This document shows, in pieces, positions 29,762 through 38,760 of a stretch of DNA of 48,577 nt. How positions within the stretch are numbered: the first letter of the stretch is position 1; each line of letters opens with the position of its first letter. The notes under the pieces are model-generated. The model did no database searches. It was not told the DNA's origin and saw nothing but the letters and a program-made list of their open reading frames with translations. Made by a program: the position numbers and the translations under genes. Source of the stretch: an uncultured Dialister sp. (GTDB lineage Bacteria > Bacillota > Negativicutes > Veillonellales > Dialisteraceae); the NCBI RefSeq assembly GCF_900541605.1, contig NZ_UQKJ01000001.1, positions 1 through 48,577 of the forward strand. Direction: 5' to 3'.

Positions 29762-29869
29762 CGTAATCACCTCTGTTTTATTGTAGCATGGAATTGCTTC
29801 GCCTGCCGAATCAGTGGATGGCAGCCAGGAAAGCTCTCCCCTTCCCCTGACAGCCTGCCAGGGAAAAGA

Positions 29870-29909
29870 AAAAATCCTGAAAAATGATTTCTCACTTTTC
29901 AGGATTTTT
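29870..29909 (-). terminator. Probable terminator after the RND operon
   Basis: AAAAATCCTGAAAA...TTTTCAGGATTTTT, abutting the family A copy. Confidence 0.6.
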
Positions 29910-29911
29910 AG

Positions 29912-30070
29912 GGAAGCACTGATTAAATCGTTGTCAGATTTCATTCTTGGATTTTTATGCAATGCAAGGAATAACTCGACGCGAATAGCGAGCTATTTAA
30001 GGAGAGTTATGACGAAGCAGTACATAAAAATCCTTATGAAATCTGACTCTGCGAATTAATCAGCACTTCC
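29912..30070. mobile_element. MITE-like element family A, second full 159-bp copy
   Basis: Same TIRs and length as 7370-7528; flanked by a TTAG direct repeat (29908-29911 and 30071-30074). Confidence 0.85.
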
Positions 30071-30089
30071 TTAGATCCGGTATTACCGA

Positions 30090-33000
30090 TTATTCATCGA
30101 CGGAAACCGGTTTCTTCGGTTTGCGGAACCCATGGATCCGTTCGATAACGATGAACAGCATGGGGACGATGAAAATCTGGAAGAACGTAGCCGACAGCAC
30201 ACCGAATACTACGGCGATACCCATTTCGGAGCGGGATACAGATCCGGCACCGGTGGACAGGGCCAGCGGTACGTTGCCGAGGATAAATGCCAGGGAGGTC
30301 ATGAGGATAGGACGGAGACGAATCTTGGACGCTTCGATAGAGGCTTTCACCAGTTCCATGCCGCTGTCCACACGGACCTTCGCATATTCTACAATCAGTA
30401 TGGCGTTCTTTGCCGCCAGGCCGATGATTGTCAGAAGGCCAATCTGGAAATAAATATCATTGTACACATTGAAAACAAAGGCACCGAGGCAGGCTCCAAA
30501 GAAACCTGTCGGAATACCCAGGATAACGGAGAATGGCACTTTCCAGCTTTCGTAGAGAGCTGCCAGGGACAGGAATACGAAGAGCATGCCCAAAGCCAGT
30601 GCGTAGACTGTCTTGCCGCTGGCCTCCCGTTCCTGTGCCGAGGATTCAGCAAAGGCATATCCGTAGCCGTTCGGCAGGGTTTCCTTTGCCACTTCTTCCA
30701 GCGCATTCAGGGCCTGGCCGGAAGAGTAGCCTGCAGCCTGGCTGCCGCCGATCTTAACGGCCGGGAAGTTATCGAACCGGGTAATGACAGATACGGCGTT
30801 CCCTTTCTTCGGAGTAATGAAGTTGCTGATAGGTACCATATTACCGCTGGAATCACGGACAGACATGAACTTGTTGTCCGTCGGGCTCATGCGGTACTGG
30901 GTATCCGCCTGGGCCACAACTTTGAAGTTACGGCCGAAACGGGTGAAATCGTTGATCTGTACAGAGCCGTAGAAGGCCTGGAGGGCGGTGAAGATATCGC
31001 TCACATTGACGCCGTACTTGGCCGCCTTGTCTCTGTCCACATCGTAATTGTAAGATGGCGTATCCATGCGGAATGTGGTGTAGGCCTGCTGGATTTCCGG
31101 GCGCTGGTTGGCAGCGGCCAGGAACTGGTTCACCACGGCCTGCATGGCTTCATTGGAATCGCCATTCTTATTCTGGATGTACATGGTGAAACCGCCGGAA
31201 GCACCGAGACCCGGAATAGGCGACGGGTTCAGGGGCATCAGTGTCACACCGGGATGGGTGGCATTGAAAGCGAAGGCCCTGGCCATGACCGCATCAAGCT
31301 GCTGGTCCTTGGTCTTTCGTTCATCCCAGGGTTTCAGCTTGATGAAAGAGAGGCCGGCATTCGGCTTCTGGCCATCAGAAAGAATATCAAAGCCCACAAC
31401 GCCCTGGGTCACCTGTACTGCCGGGTCTTTGCCCATGTACTTCAGGAATTCCGTCACATACTGGGCAGTACGGACATTGACAGAACCTTCAGGGAGCTGG
31501 AAAGCATTCAGGAAGAATCCGTTATCTTCCTGGGGAATGAAGGCCGTCGGCAGCTTGATAAACATAAACGTAGCCGCCACAAAGAGGACTGCCAGCACCC
31601 CGATAGGCACATAAATGGCATGGGCCAAACGGGCCAGGATGGCTCCATAAACTTCAACCATATGGTCGAAACCATTGTTGAAGCGGTCCCAGAAACGGTC
31701 CAGCCGTCCCTTATCCGCCTGTTTCTTGTTCGGCTTCAGGAGCCCCGCGCAGAGAGCCGGCGTCAGGGAGAGGGCGGTAAATGCGGAAAGAATGACGGAT
31801 ACTGCAATGGTTAAAGCGAACTGCTTATACAGGATACCCATGATGCCGCCGAGGAAGGCAACCGGAATAAATACGGCTGACAACACCACAGCGACGCCGA
31901 TAACCGGGCTCTGCACCTTTTTCATGGCCGCCACGGTTGCCTGCCGGGGATTCAGGTTGTTGTACCGCATTTCGTATTCCACGGCTTCGATTACCACGAT
32001 GGCATCATCCACGACAAGGCCGATGGCCAGGACCATGGCAAAGAGGGTCAGGGTATTGATGGTAAATCCAAGAACTTTGAAGGAAGCAAAAGTACCGAGC
32101 AGTGATACCGGCACCGCAATCATAGGAATCAGGGTGGACCGCCAGTTCTGGAGGAAAATGTACACGATGATGGCTACGATGATGAGGGCTTCCACGAAGG
32201 TATGGAGCACTTCCTTGATGGAGGCGTAAATGAAATCGGTGTTATCCATGTTGATGACGTACTTCATGTCATCGGGGAATGTCTTTGCGTCTTCCGCCAG
32301 CTTCGCCTTGATGGCGCCGATGGTTTCCACGGCGTTTGCATCGTCGGTGAGGGAGAAGGCAACGGCGGAGGTTTCATAATTGCCGGCGCGGGAGATGAAA
32401 TCATAGTTCCTTGCATCCAATTCCGTCCGGGCTACATCCTTCAGGTGAAGGAGGCTGCCGTCTTTATTCGTACGAAGGATAATGTTGCCGAATTCTTCCG
32501 CTGTCACCAGACGGCCCTTGGCGGTAACCACATACTGGAAGGGCTGGTCCTTTGTCACCGGAGCCGCACCGATATTGCCGGCAGCAATCTGCTGGTTCTG
32601 GTTCGTTACGGCAGAGATGATTTCAGAAGCGGTGATATTGTTCTGCGCCATTTTCGTCGGATCCATCCAGATACGCATGGCGTAGTCAGAACCGAATTCC
32701 TGGACCGTACCGACGCCCTTGATGGTCTTCAGTTCATCCAGATAGTTCATGCTGAAGTAGTTCTTCAGGAAGTTCTTATCATAGGTGCCGTTCGGCGAAT
32801 AGAAGCTGACTACAAGAGCCATGTCGCCGGACGATTTTTTGGTGGTAACGCCGATATTACGGACCGTATCCGGCAGGCTGGCATCGGAAGCAGTGACTGC
32901 ATTCTGTGTGCGGACCGTAGCCATATCGGAGTCTGTCCCCGTCAGGAACTGCACTGTCAGTACGTAGGAACCGTTGGAGTTACTGCTGGAAGACATACTT

Positions 33001-33227
33001 TCAAAGCCTTCCACTGACACCGCATTCTTTTCGATGACTTCCGCCACCGTCTGGGCCACAACCTCCGCATCAGCGCCGGAATAGGTAGCACGAACGGATA
33101 CCTGGGGCGGCGTGATTTTCGGATACCGGTCCATGGGGAGCGTAAAGATACAGATGAGGCCGGCAATGGAAATAACCAGAGCCACAACGATAGCAAAGAT
33201 AGGACGTTTGATAAAGAAATTTGCCAT
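30090..33227 (-). CDS. RND efflux permease (HAE1/AcrB family)
   Basis: FFIKRPIFA, GLVVDDAIVV, AKNAILIVE and RLRPILMTS motifs; 1045 aa. Confidence 0.95.
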   Translation of the reverse strand: MANFFIKRPIFAIVVALVISIAGLICIFTLPMDRYPKITPPQVSVRATYSGADAEVVAQTVAEVIEKNAVSVEGFESMSSSSNSNGSYVLTVQFLTGTDSDMATVRTQNAVTASDASLPDTVRNIGVTTKKSSGDMALVVSFYSPNGTYDKNFLKNYFSMNYLDELKTIKGVGTVQEFGSDYAMRIWMDPTKMAQNNITASEIISAVTNQNQQIAAGNIGAAPVTKDQPFQYVVTAKGRLVTAEEFGNIILRTNKDGSLLHLKDVARTELDARNYDFISRAGNYETSAVAFSLTDDANAVETIGAIKAKLAEDAKTFPDDMKYVINMDNTDFIYASIKEVLHTFVEALIIVAIIVYIFLQNWRSTLIPMIAVPVSLLGTFASFKVLGFTINTLTLFAMVLAIGLVVDDAIVVIEAVEYEMRYNNLNPRQATVAAMKKVQSPVIGVAVVLSAVFIPVAFLGGIMGILYKQFALTIAVSVILSAFTALSLTPALCAGLLKPNKKQADKGRLDRFWDRFNNGFDHMVEVYGAILARLAHAIYVPIGVLAVLFVAATFMFIKLPTAFIPQEDNGFFLNAFQLPEGSVNVRTAQYVTEFLKYMGKDPAVQVTQGVVGFDILSDGQKPNAGLSFIKLKPWDERKTKDQQLDAVMARAFAFNATHPGVTLMPLNPSPIPGLGASGGFTMYIQNKNGDSNEAMQAVVNQFLAAANQRPEIQQAYTTFRMDTPSYNYDVDRDKAAKYGVNVSDIFTALQAFYGSVQINDFTRFGRNFKVVAQADTQYRMSPTDNKFMSVRDSSGNMVPISNFITPKKGNAVSVITRFDNFPAVKIGGSQAAGYSSGQALNALEEVAKETLPNGYGYAFAESSAQEREASGKTVYALALGMLFVFLSLAALYESWKVPFSVILGIPTGFFGACLGAFVFNVYNDIYFQIGLLTIIGLAAKNAILIVEYAKVRVDSGMELVKASIEASKIRLRPILMTSLAFILGNVPLALSTGAGSVSRSEMGIAVVFGVLSATFFQIFIVPMLFIVIERIHGFRKPKKPVSVDE

Positions 33228-33236
33228 AGTCCCACC

Positions 33237-34415
33237 TTACTTTCCGTTTTTGCGGTCGGAAGCGGTCTGGCCTTTGACAGATGCCGCAGCATCGGACTCC
33301 AGTTTATCTTTCGTCGTTTCCTCAGCCTCTACAGCCTGGCCGACCTTCACTTTATTCTGGCCATCCACAATGATCATATCATTGGCATCGATTCCACTTA
33401 CAATGATGGAATAAATACCGTAGGTACCTCCTACTTTGACAGCCTTCTGTGTCACCTTTCCATCTACCACCACGTCCACCATATCCTTATCCAGGAGCTG
33501 TACAAGGGCCTTTGTGGGGATGAGAATACTGCCTTTGGCAATTTCGTTATCCGAAACAATGGAGGCATACATGCCGGGTACAAGGAGGTTATCGGGGTTT
33601 GGGAAGGCAGCCTTCATGGACAGCTGGCCACCGGTCATAGATGGGTTTACCTGGACGATTTTGCCCGTTTCCCCGTAGATGGTGCCGTCGGAAAGACGGA
33701 GCTTCAGGTTATCTCCCAGTTCCGCATTCTGTTTCTTCAGGGACAGGTATTCGCTTTCAGACATATCGAACTGCACGTAAATGGGGTCCGAAGAAGAAAT
33801 GGTCACCAGAGCTGTAGTACCAGCGGTAGCGTAGGTTCCTACGTTCACGTCATCCATGGAAAGGGTGCCGTTGAAAGGAGCCACCACGATGGTATCGTTC
33901 AGGTTATTGGAAGCAATATTGACCTGTGCTTCCGCTGCATCCAGCACACCTTTATAAGCATCGGTGGCCGCTTTCTGGCTGTCATAGGTTTTCTGGGAAA
34001 TGGCACCGGACTGGATCAGCTGGTCATAACGGGCCAGATCCCGGTTCGCATTTTCATAGTTTGCCGATGCCTGGGCTGCACTGGCCTGGGCTGCGGCAAG
34101 GCTGGAAGAATAGTTTCTGGTATCCAGCCGGAACAGGGGCTGGCCCTGAACTACCTGGGCCCCACCGGAAATATATTTCTCCATCACCGTACCGGACACC
34201 TTGGCCCGCACCGGTACCTCCTGCAGCGCCATAATAGAGCCGGTATATTCCCTCATAATCGGGGTATCCGATTTAAAAGGCTTAAAGGTCGTCACCTTCA
34301 TGGCCTGCTGCTGGGCTCCTGCCTGTTTGGAAGAGCCGCATCCGCCCATGAGCGCGCCGGCGGACAGAAGGAAACCGGCTGCCATGATAGCGGCAGCTAA
34401 CTTCTTATATCTCAT
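33237..34415 (-). CDS. RND membrane fusion / periplasmic adaptor lipoprotein
   Basis: Lipobox MGGC, coiled hairpin, IVAPFNG, FPNPDNLLVPGM. Confidence 0.92.
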   Translation of the reverse strand: MRYKKLAAAIMAAGFLLSAGALMGGCGSSKQAGAQQQAMKVTTFKPFKSDTPIMREYTGSIMALQEVPVRAKVSGTVMEKYISGGAQVVQGQPLFRLDTRNYSSSLAAAQASAAQASANYENANRDLARYDQLIQSGAISQKTYDSQKAATDAYKGVLDAAEAQVNIASNNLNDTIVVAPFNGTLSMDDVNVGTYATAGTTALVTISSSDPIYVQFDMSESEYLSLKKQNAELGDNLKLRLSDGTIYGETGKIVQVNPSMTGGQLSMKAAFPNPDNLLVPGMYASIVSDNEIAKGSILIPTKALVQLLDKDMVDVVVDGKVTQKAVKVGGTYGIYSIIVSGIDANDMIIVDGQNKVKVGQAVEAEETTKDKLESDAAASVKGQTASDRKNGK

Positions 34416-34504
34416 ACATAACCCCCTTGAAAAAGATGGAAGAGTAAAATTGGGAAAAATGAAACAGACTCAAACAATCCTGTATACTCTTATGAATCTT
34501 TCTT

Positions 34505-34533
34505 ATCATAACAAACAGTTGACCAATAGTCAA
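34505..34533 (-). promoter_or_regulatory. Promoter of the RND operon with a palindrome over the -35
   Basis: TTGACT-17 bp-TATGAT; palindrome TTGAC-CAATA-GTCAA at 34519-34533. Confidence 0.6.
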
Positions 34534-34579
34534 TATGGAGTTCGGTACCAATGCTCTATGACAATGGTGAAGAAATTTT

Positions 34580-35050
34580 TTATACCCTTTCCACGGGGAC
34601 CTTTACCACGGCTTTCCGTAGCTGGCAGGCCCCTGTATCTCCCATGCAGAGCGGGCGGTGCAGGTCTTCCGGGAAGAAAACAGCAAACCGGCCGGTGGTG
34701 AAATACACACGGGATTCTCCATTCCTTCCGGATTTGTAGAAATAGAGATCCCTGTCTTCATGGGCTTCGATGCAGGGGCCCGCTTCAAAGGACGTCTCCA
34801 CGCCGATCCATTCTTCTTCCCCATAGATTTCAAACTGGATGTCAATAAACTTCTTATGGCCTTCCAGCTTCCGGTCCTCCACCTTTTCCGTCATGGGAGA
34901 CTCCACGGACATGGCGCATCCCAGAATATCGTACTTACCGTCTTCCTTTTCAGAAAAAGGAAAGTGCTTCACCGCTTTGAGGCATTCATAAATAAAAGAA
35001 GGAAGCTGTCTTTTGTAGGCTTCCAGATGATGGATATCGCCGGTAATCAT
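34580..35050 (-). CDS. YhcH/YjgK/YiaL family protein
   Basis: EGHKKFIDIQ, DLYFY, FAVFFPEDLHRP and KAVVKV motifs. Confidence 0.9.
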   Translation of the reverse strand: MITGDIHHLEAYKRQLPSFIYECLKAVKHFPFSEKEDGKYDILGCAMSVESPMTEKVEDRKLEGHKKFIDIQFEIYGEEEWIGVETSFEAGPCIEAHEDRDLYFYKSGRNGESRVYFTTGRFAVFFPEDLHRPLCMGDTGACQLRKAVVKVPVERV

Positions 35051-35316
35051 ATAATCCTCCTTATATGTTTCATTTTTTCAAAAATCAGGCACTGCCCTAT
35101 ATTACCACAAAACTTCAGAATCTTCCCTGCTGAAATGCAGAAAAAATATATTCATTCAGAAACATACCATGAGTAAGTATCATGGATGGGGTATCATCGG
35201 ATATCCTTCCCTGCCATCAATCCATTTCCGGAGCTGGCACGGCCCTTATCCAGGGACCTGCACAGGTGGGGATTGACCCTTATGTCCTGTTTACTGTCCC
35301 CTTGAATCGGGGCATT

Positions 35317-35340
35317 AAAAAACCCGCCGTAGGCGGGGTT
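35317..35340 (-). terminator. Terminator after tRNA-Val
   Basis: AAAAAACCCGCC-GTA-GGCGGGGTTT. Confidence 0.75.
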
Positions 35341-35417
35341 TGGTGGGACTATCTGGGTTCGAACCGGAGACCTCTTCGATGTGAGCGAAGCGCTCTGACC
35401 AACTGAGCTATAGCCCC
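35341..35417 (-). tRNA. tRNA-Val(CAC)
   Basis: 77-nt cloverleaf GGGGCTATAGCTCAG...CTTCG-CTCACAT-CGAAG...TTCGAAC...ACCA with encoded CCA. Confidence 0.95.
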
Positions 35418-35610
35418 ATGACGAGAACTATTATACCACGAATGGTCAGAAATGTTAAGCCTGTGTAATAATTTTATTTGAAGAGGATTCAGCAGCTTCA
35501 CTGTAAGCCGTAATCCTGCCCGGTAAGAAACAGGCCCGGGCCGCTTATGGTCGGACCCGGATTCAGGCCTGCGGTCCTCCCCTCGATCTCAACTTCGGTC
35601 TCCATCTTAC

Positions 35611-36855
35611 TTATATCTTACCCTGGGCTTCCAGTACCTTTTCTGCAGCTCCCATGATGGCCAGCTGGGCATGTTCGAAGGTAAGGCCCCCCTGGAAATA
35701 CATTACATAGGGCGGGCGGACAGGGCCGTCGGCAGACATTTCAATGGTAGAGCCCTGGACGAAGGTACCTGCTGCCATGATGATGGGGTCCACATATCCC
35801 GGCATGGGACCGGGTACCGGCGTAGCATCGGAATCTACGGGAGACCAGTTCTGGATGGCTTCTGCAAAGCGGCACATGTTTTCTTCCGAATCCAGTGTCA
35901 CCGTGGTAATGAGGTCTGTACGGAGATGACCCGGTTCCGGGGACGTCTTGAATCCCAGAAGCTTAAAAACAGCAGAACAGAATTCAGCACTCATCATGGC
36001 CTGTCTCGTCATGTGAGGTGCCAGGAAAAGTCCCTGGAAGAAGGGACGGTAGGAAGCGGCGTAGGATCCCATTTCCGCTCCAAGGCCCGGAGCTGTCCAT
36101 ACATAGGAGCACAGTTCCACTAGGTCCTTCCGGCCGCAGATGTAGGCTCCCGTCGGTGCCAGGCCGCCGCCGGCATTTTTAATGAGGGAGCCTGCAGTAA
36201 TATCGGCGCCCAGTTCAATCGGTTCTTCTTTGTTTGTAAATTCGCCGTAGCAGTTATCCACGAAGCAGATGGTGTCCGGGTTCTTTGCTTTTACGGTTTC
36301 AATGATTTTCTTAATATCCGATGGGAAAAGGGAATCCCGCAGCATATATCCCCGGGACCGCTGGATTTCCACCAGTTTTGTATGTTCATCTACGGCATCG
36401 GAAATGGCCTTGAGGTCATAGGTATTGCCTTTCAGGGGGACTTCCTTGTAATGGACTCCTCTGGACTTCAGGTTTCCCGGCGCATTGCCTGTAATGCCGA
36501 TGACGCTTTCCATGGTGTCATAGGGAGCTCCTACGGCAGAAACCATGGTATCTCCCGGATTGAGAAGGGCCAGGAGCACCGTAGCCAGTGCATGGGTGCC
36601 GGACACGAACTGCGGCCGCACCAGTGCGCTTTCTGCATGGAAAACATCGCACCAGATCTCTTCCAGTTTCTCCCTGCCCGGGTCCCCGTAGCCATAGCCG
36701 TTGGACGCTGCGAAATGATAGGCGGAAAGATGGTGTTTCCGGAATGCTTCCAGTACTTTCTGTGTATTGAAGAGGGAAATCTCTTCCATTTCATGAAAAA
36801 CAGGCGCACAAAGAGCAAGCGCCTCTTTCTGTACCTGTTCCAGTTTTTTATTCAT
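35611..36855 (-). CDS. YnbB-like PLP protein (methionine gamma-lyase family / aluminium resistance)
   Basis: GYGYGD.GRE, FVSGTHA, QRSRGY, DNCYGEF, GSLIKN and MAAGTFVQGSTIE motifs. Confidence 0.9.
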   Translation of the reverse strand: MNKKLEQVQKEALALCAPVFHEMEEISLFNTQKVLEAFRKHHLSAYHFAASNGYGYGDPGREKLEEIWCDVFHAESALVRPQFVSGTHALATVLLALLNPGDTMVSAVGAPYDTMESVIGITGNAPGNLKSRGVHYKEVPLKGNTYDLKAISDAVDEHTKLVEIQRSRGYMLRDSLFPSDIKKIIETVKAKNPDTICFVDNCYGEFTNKEEPIELGADITAGSLIKNAGGGLAPTGAYICGRKDLVELCSYVWTAPGLGAEMGSYAASYRPFFQGLFLAPHMTRQAMMSAEFCSAVFKLLGFKTSPEPGHLRTDLITTVTLDSEENMCRFAEAIQNWSPVDSDATPVPGPMPGYVDPIIMAAGTFVQGSTIEMSADGPVRPPYVMYFQGGLTFEHAQLAIMGAAEKVLEAQGKI

Positions 36856-36864
36856 TTGTTGTCA

Positions 36865-37065
36865 TCAGATCCTTTGAATTGTTGATATTGCGTGTTTGTA
36901 AATGAGCTGGGAACGGTTTTCACTGACAAGGAGCACAGTAAAGCTGTCAAACGATTTGACCCGGCCCTTCAGCTGGACTCCATTCATCAGGAAAATAGCT
37001 ACCGCCGCATTTTCCTTCCTTGCTTCATTTAAAAATGTATCCTGCAGATTCAGTTTACCTTCCAT
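36865..37065 (-). CDS. hfq: RNA chaperone Hfq
   Basis: [22 protein letters not shown] and YKHAIST motifs; downstream of miaA. Confidence 0.95.
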   Translation of the reverse strand: MEGKLNLQDTFLNEARKENAAVAIFLMNGVQLKGRVKSFDSFTVLLVSENRSQLIYKHAISTIQRI

Positions 37066-37981
37066 CGTTGTTTTCTCCTCTGAAATATGAAATGACATAG
37101 GCCTTGATTTCCCTGTACCATATGTCTTCTTCTGATGGACCCCGTTCCACCCAGTGAATATATGGCATTCGTCTATACCAGGTCATCTGCCTTTTGGCAA
37201 AGTGCCTGGTATTTTTCTGGATCAATGCTTCCCCTTCCTCTAAGGTCCGCTCCCCTTTCACCACAGGAATGAGCTCTTTATAGCCGATTCCCTTCAGTGC
37301 CTGGGATGATTCAGAAAGGCCGGAGGCCAGGAGCTGCCTGACTTCGTCCAGGAGTCCTGCTTCAATCATGAGATGGACTCGCTTATTTATTCTATCATAT
37401 AAAACGGTCCTGTCCATAGCAATTCCTAAAACAGGACCATCAAAAAGAAGGAAATTCGCCTTTTGGGGCTTTTCATCTCCCTCGCCAGCCTCAAGGAGTT
37501 CCAGTTTTCGCACCATCCGCTGGGGGTCAGGAGGGATATCCCCTTCTCCCCTTTCCTTCAGTGCTTCCACCAGGGCTTCCTTTCCTCTTTCTTCCAGCAT
37601 GGTCTCCCAGTGGCTTCTCCCCTTTCCTTTGGGCAGGAAAGAGTACCCCTCCAGAAGGCCCTGGATATAGAGACCTGTACCGCCACAGACGATGGGAATG
37701 CGGCCCGCCTTGTTTTCCTCGTGAATAATCTTTCGAGCCCTTTCCTGGAAATCGGCGGCTGACCAGGGCTCCGAAGGCTCCAGTTCGTCCACCAGGTAAT
37801 GGGGAACCCCCTGGGCCTCTTCTTTTGTCACTTTGGCGGTACCGATGTCCATGTGCCGGTAAACCTGGAATGCATCGCCGGAAATAATGGATGACCCCAG
37901 TGCTTTCGCCAGGTAAATGGAGAGATCCGTCTTTCCTGATGCCGTAGGGCCCAGTATGGTTATGAGTTTATCTTTTTTCAT
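37055..37981 (-). CDS. miaA: tRNA dimethylallyltransferase
   Basis: [21 protein letters not shown] and HFAKRQMTW motifs. Confidence 0.96.
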   Translation of the reverse strand: MKKDKLITILGPTASGKTDLSIYLAKALGSSIISGDAFQVYRHMDIGTAKVTKEEAQGVPHYLVDELEPSEPWSAADFQERARKIIHEENKAGRIPIVCGGTGLYIQGLLEGYSFLPKGKGRSHWETMLEERGKEALVEALKERGEGDIPPDPQRMVRKLELLEAGEGDEKPQKANFLLFDGPVLGIAMDRTVLYDRINKRVHLMIEAGLLDEVRQLLASGLSESSQALKGIGYKELIPVVKGERTLEEGEALIQKNTRHFAKRQMTWYRRMPYIHWVERGPSEEDIWYREIKAYVISYFRGENNDGR

Positions 37982-38760
37982 ACATCAATCACCCCGTAAG
38001 CCGTACTCTGCCCCCGCCTCCTGTCCACGAAGCGGAAGAGGCCCGTAGAAAAGAGGCTGGAAAAGGGTCGTTCCTTCACGATAATCCGCATACCCGCCGC
38101 CTTCCGGGCCAGCTCCAGCGCTTCTTCCGTCAGGGAATCATAGGACGCTGCCCGGCGGAATCCTTCCATATTATTTTCTCTCCGTTTCACCGGCGCCTTG
38201 AACATGGGATCAAAATAAATGACATCAAAGCTCTTCGGCCCCGCTTCCCGGAGGAAAGAAAGGAAATCGCCATGGATCAGGGTAATCCGCCGAAGCGCTT
38301 CCGTAAGTTCCTTATCCTTCGGGTCCCGGAAGGAAGCAATGGCAGCCTGCCCGATTTCATAGAGGGCCCTGCTCTTTTCCAGGGCCGTCACATGGCCCCG
38401 GTTTCCCAGAAACCAGCTCATGGTAAGGGAGTCCCCTCCCTGGCCGAATGTGGCGTCCAGCACCGAGAGGCCCTCTTTTTCCGGAAGCAGGCGGCAGAGG
38501 CGGTCTTCGTGGCCCTGCTTCATCTGCTCTTTCCGGAGCACCGCTGTGCCGAAATGGTAATGGTACTCCCCCCTGCCGGCATAGTAATAGGGCAGATCCT
38601 TTCCATATACCAGGAGTCCCTCCAGCCGGAAAGTAGAAATCATATCATCCAAGGTGCCTTCCCGCCGGAAAAAGGGAAGACCCAGGGCCTCTGCCCTCCT
38701 CCAGGCCTCCTCTTTCACCGGCCTCGTCACATTCCGGATGGTAGTCACACCGATGGTCAT
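37978..38760 (-). CDS. Class I SAM-dependent methyltransferase (RsmJ-like)
   Basis: VLDATFGQGGD and DVIYFDPMF motifs; overlaps the mutL stop and miaA start. Confidence 0.82.
   Translation of the reverse strand: MTIGVTTIRNVTRPVKEEAWRRAEALGLPFFRREGTLDDMISTFRLEGLLVYGKDLPYYYAGRGEYHYHFGTAVLRKEQMKQGHEDRLCRLLPEKEGLSVLDATFGQGGDSLTMSWFLGNRGHVTALEKSRALYEIGQAAIASFRDPKDKELTEALRRITLIHGDFLSFLREAGPKSFDVIYFDPMFKAPVKRRENNMEGFRRAASYDSLTEEALELARKAAGMRIIVKERPFSSLFSTGLFRFVDRRRGQSTAYGVIDV

Noticed and set aside
35341..35417. tRNA-Val as an integration site, or as a pseudo-tRNA (one C-A mismatch in the T-stem)
   Set aside because: No duplicated 3' end or integrase nearby; the cloverleaf, CCA and terminator are otherwise intact
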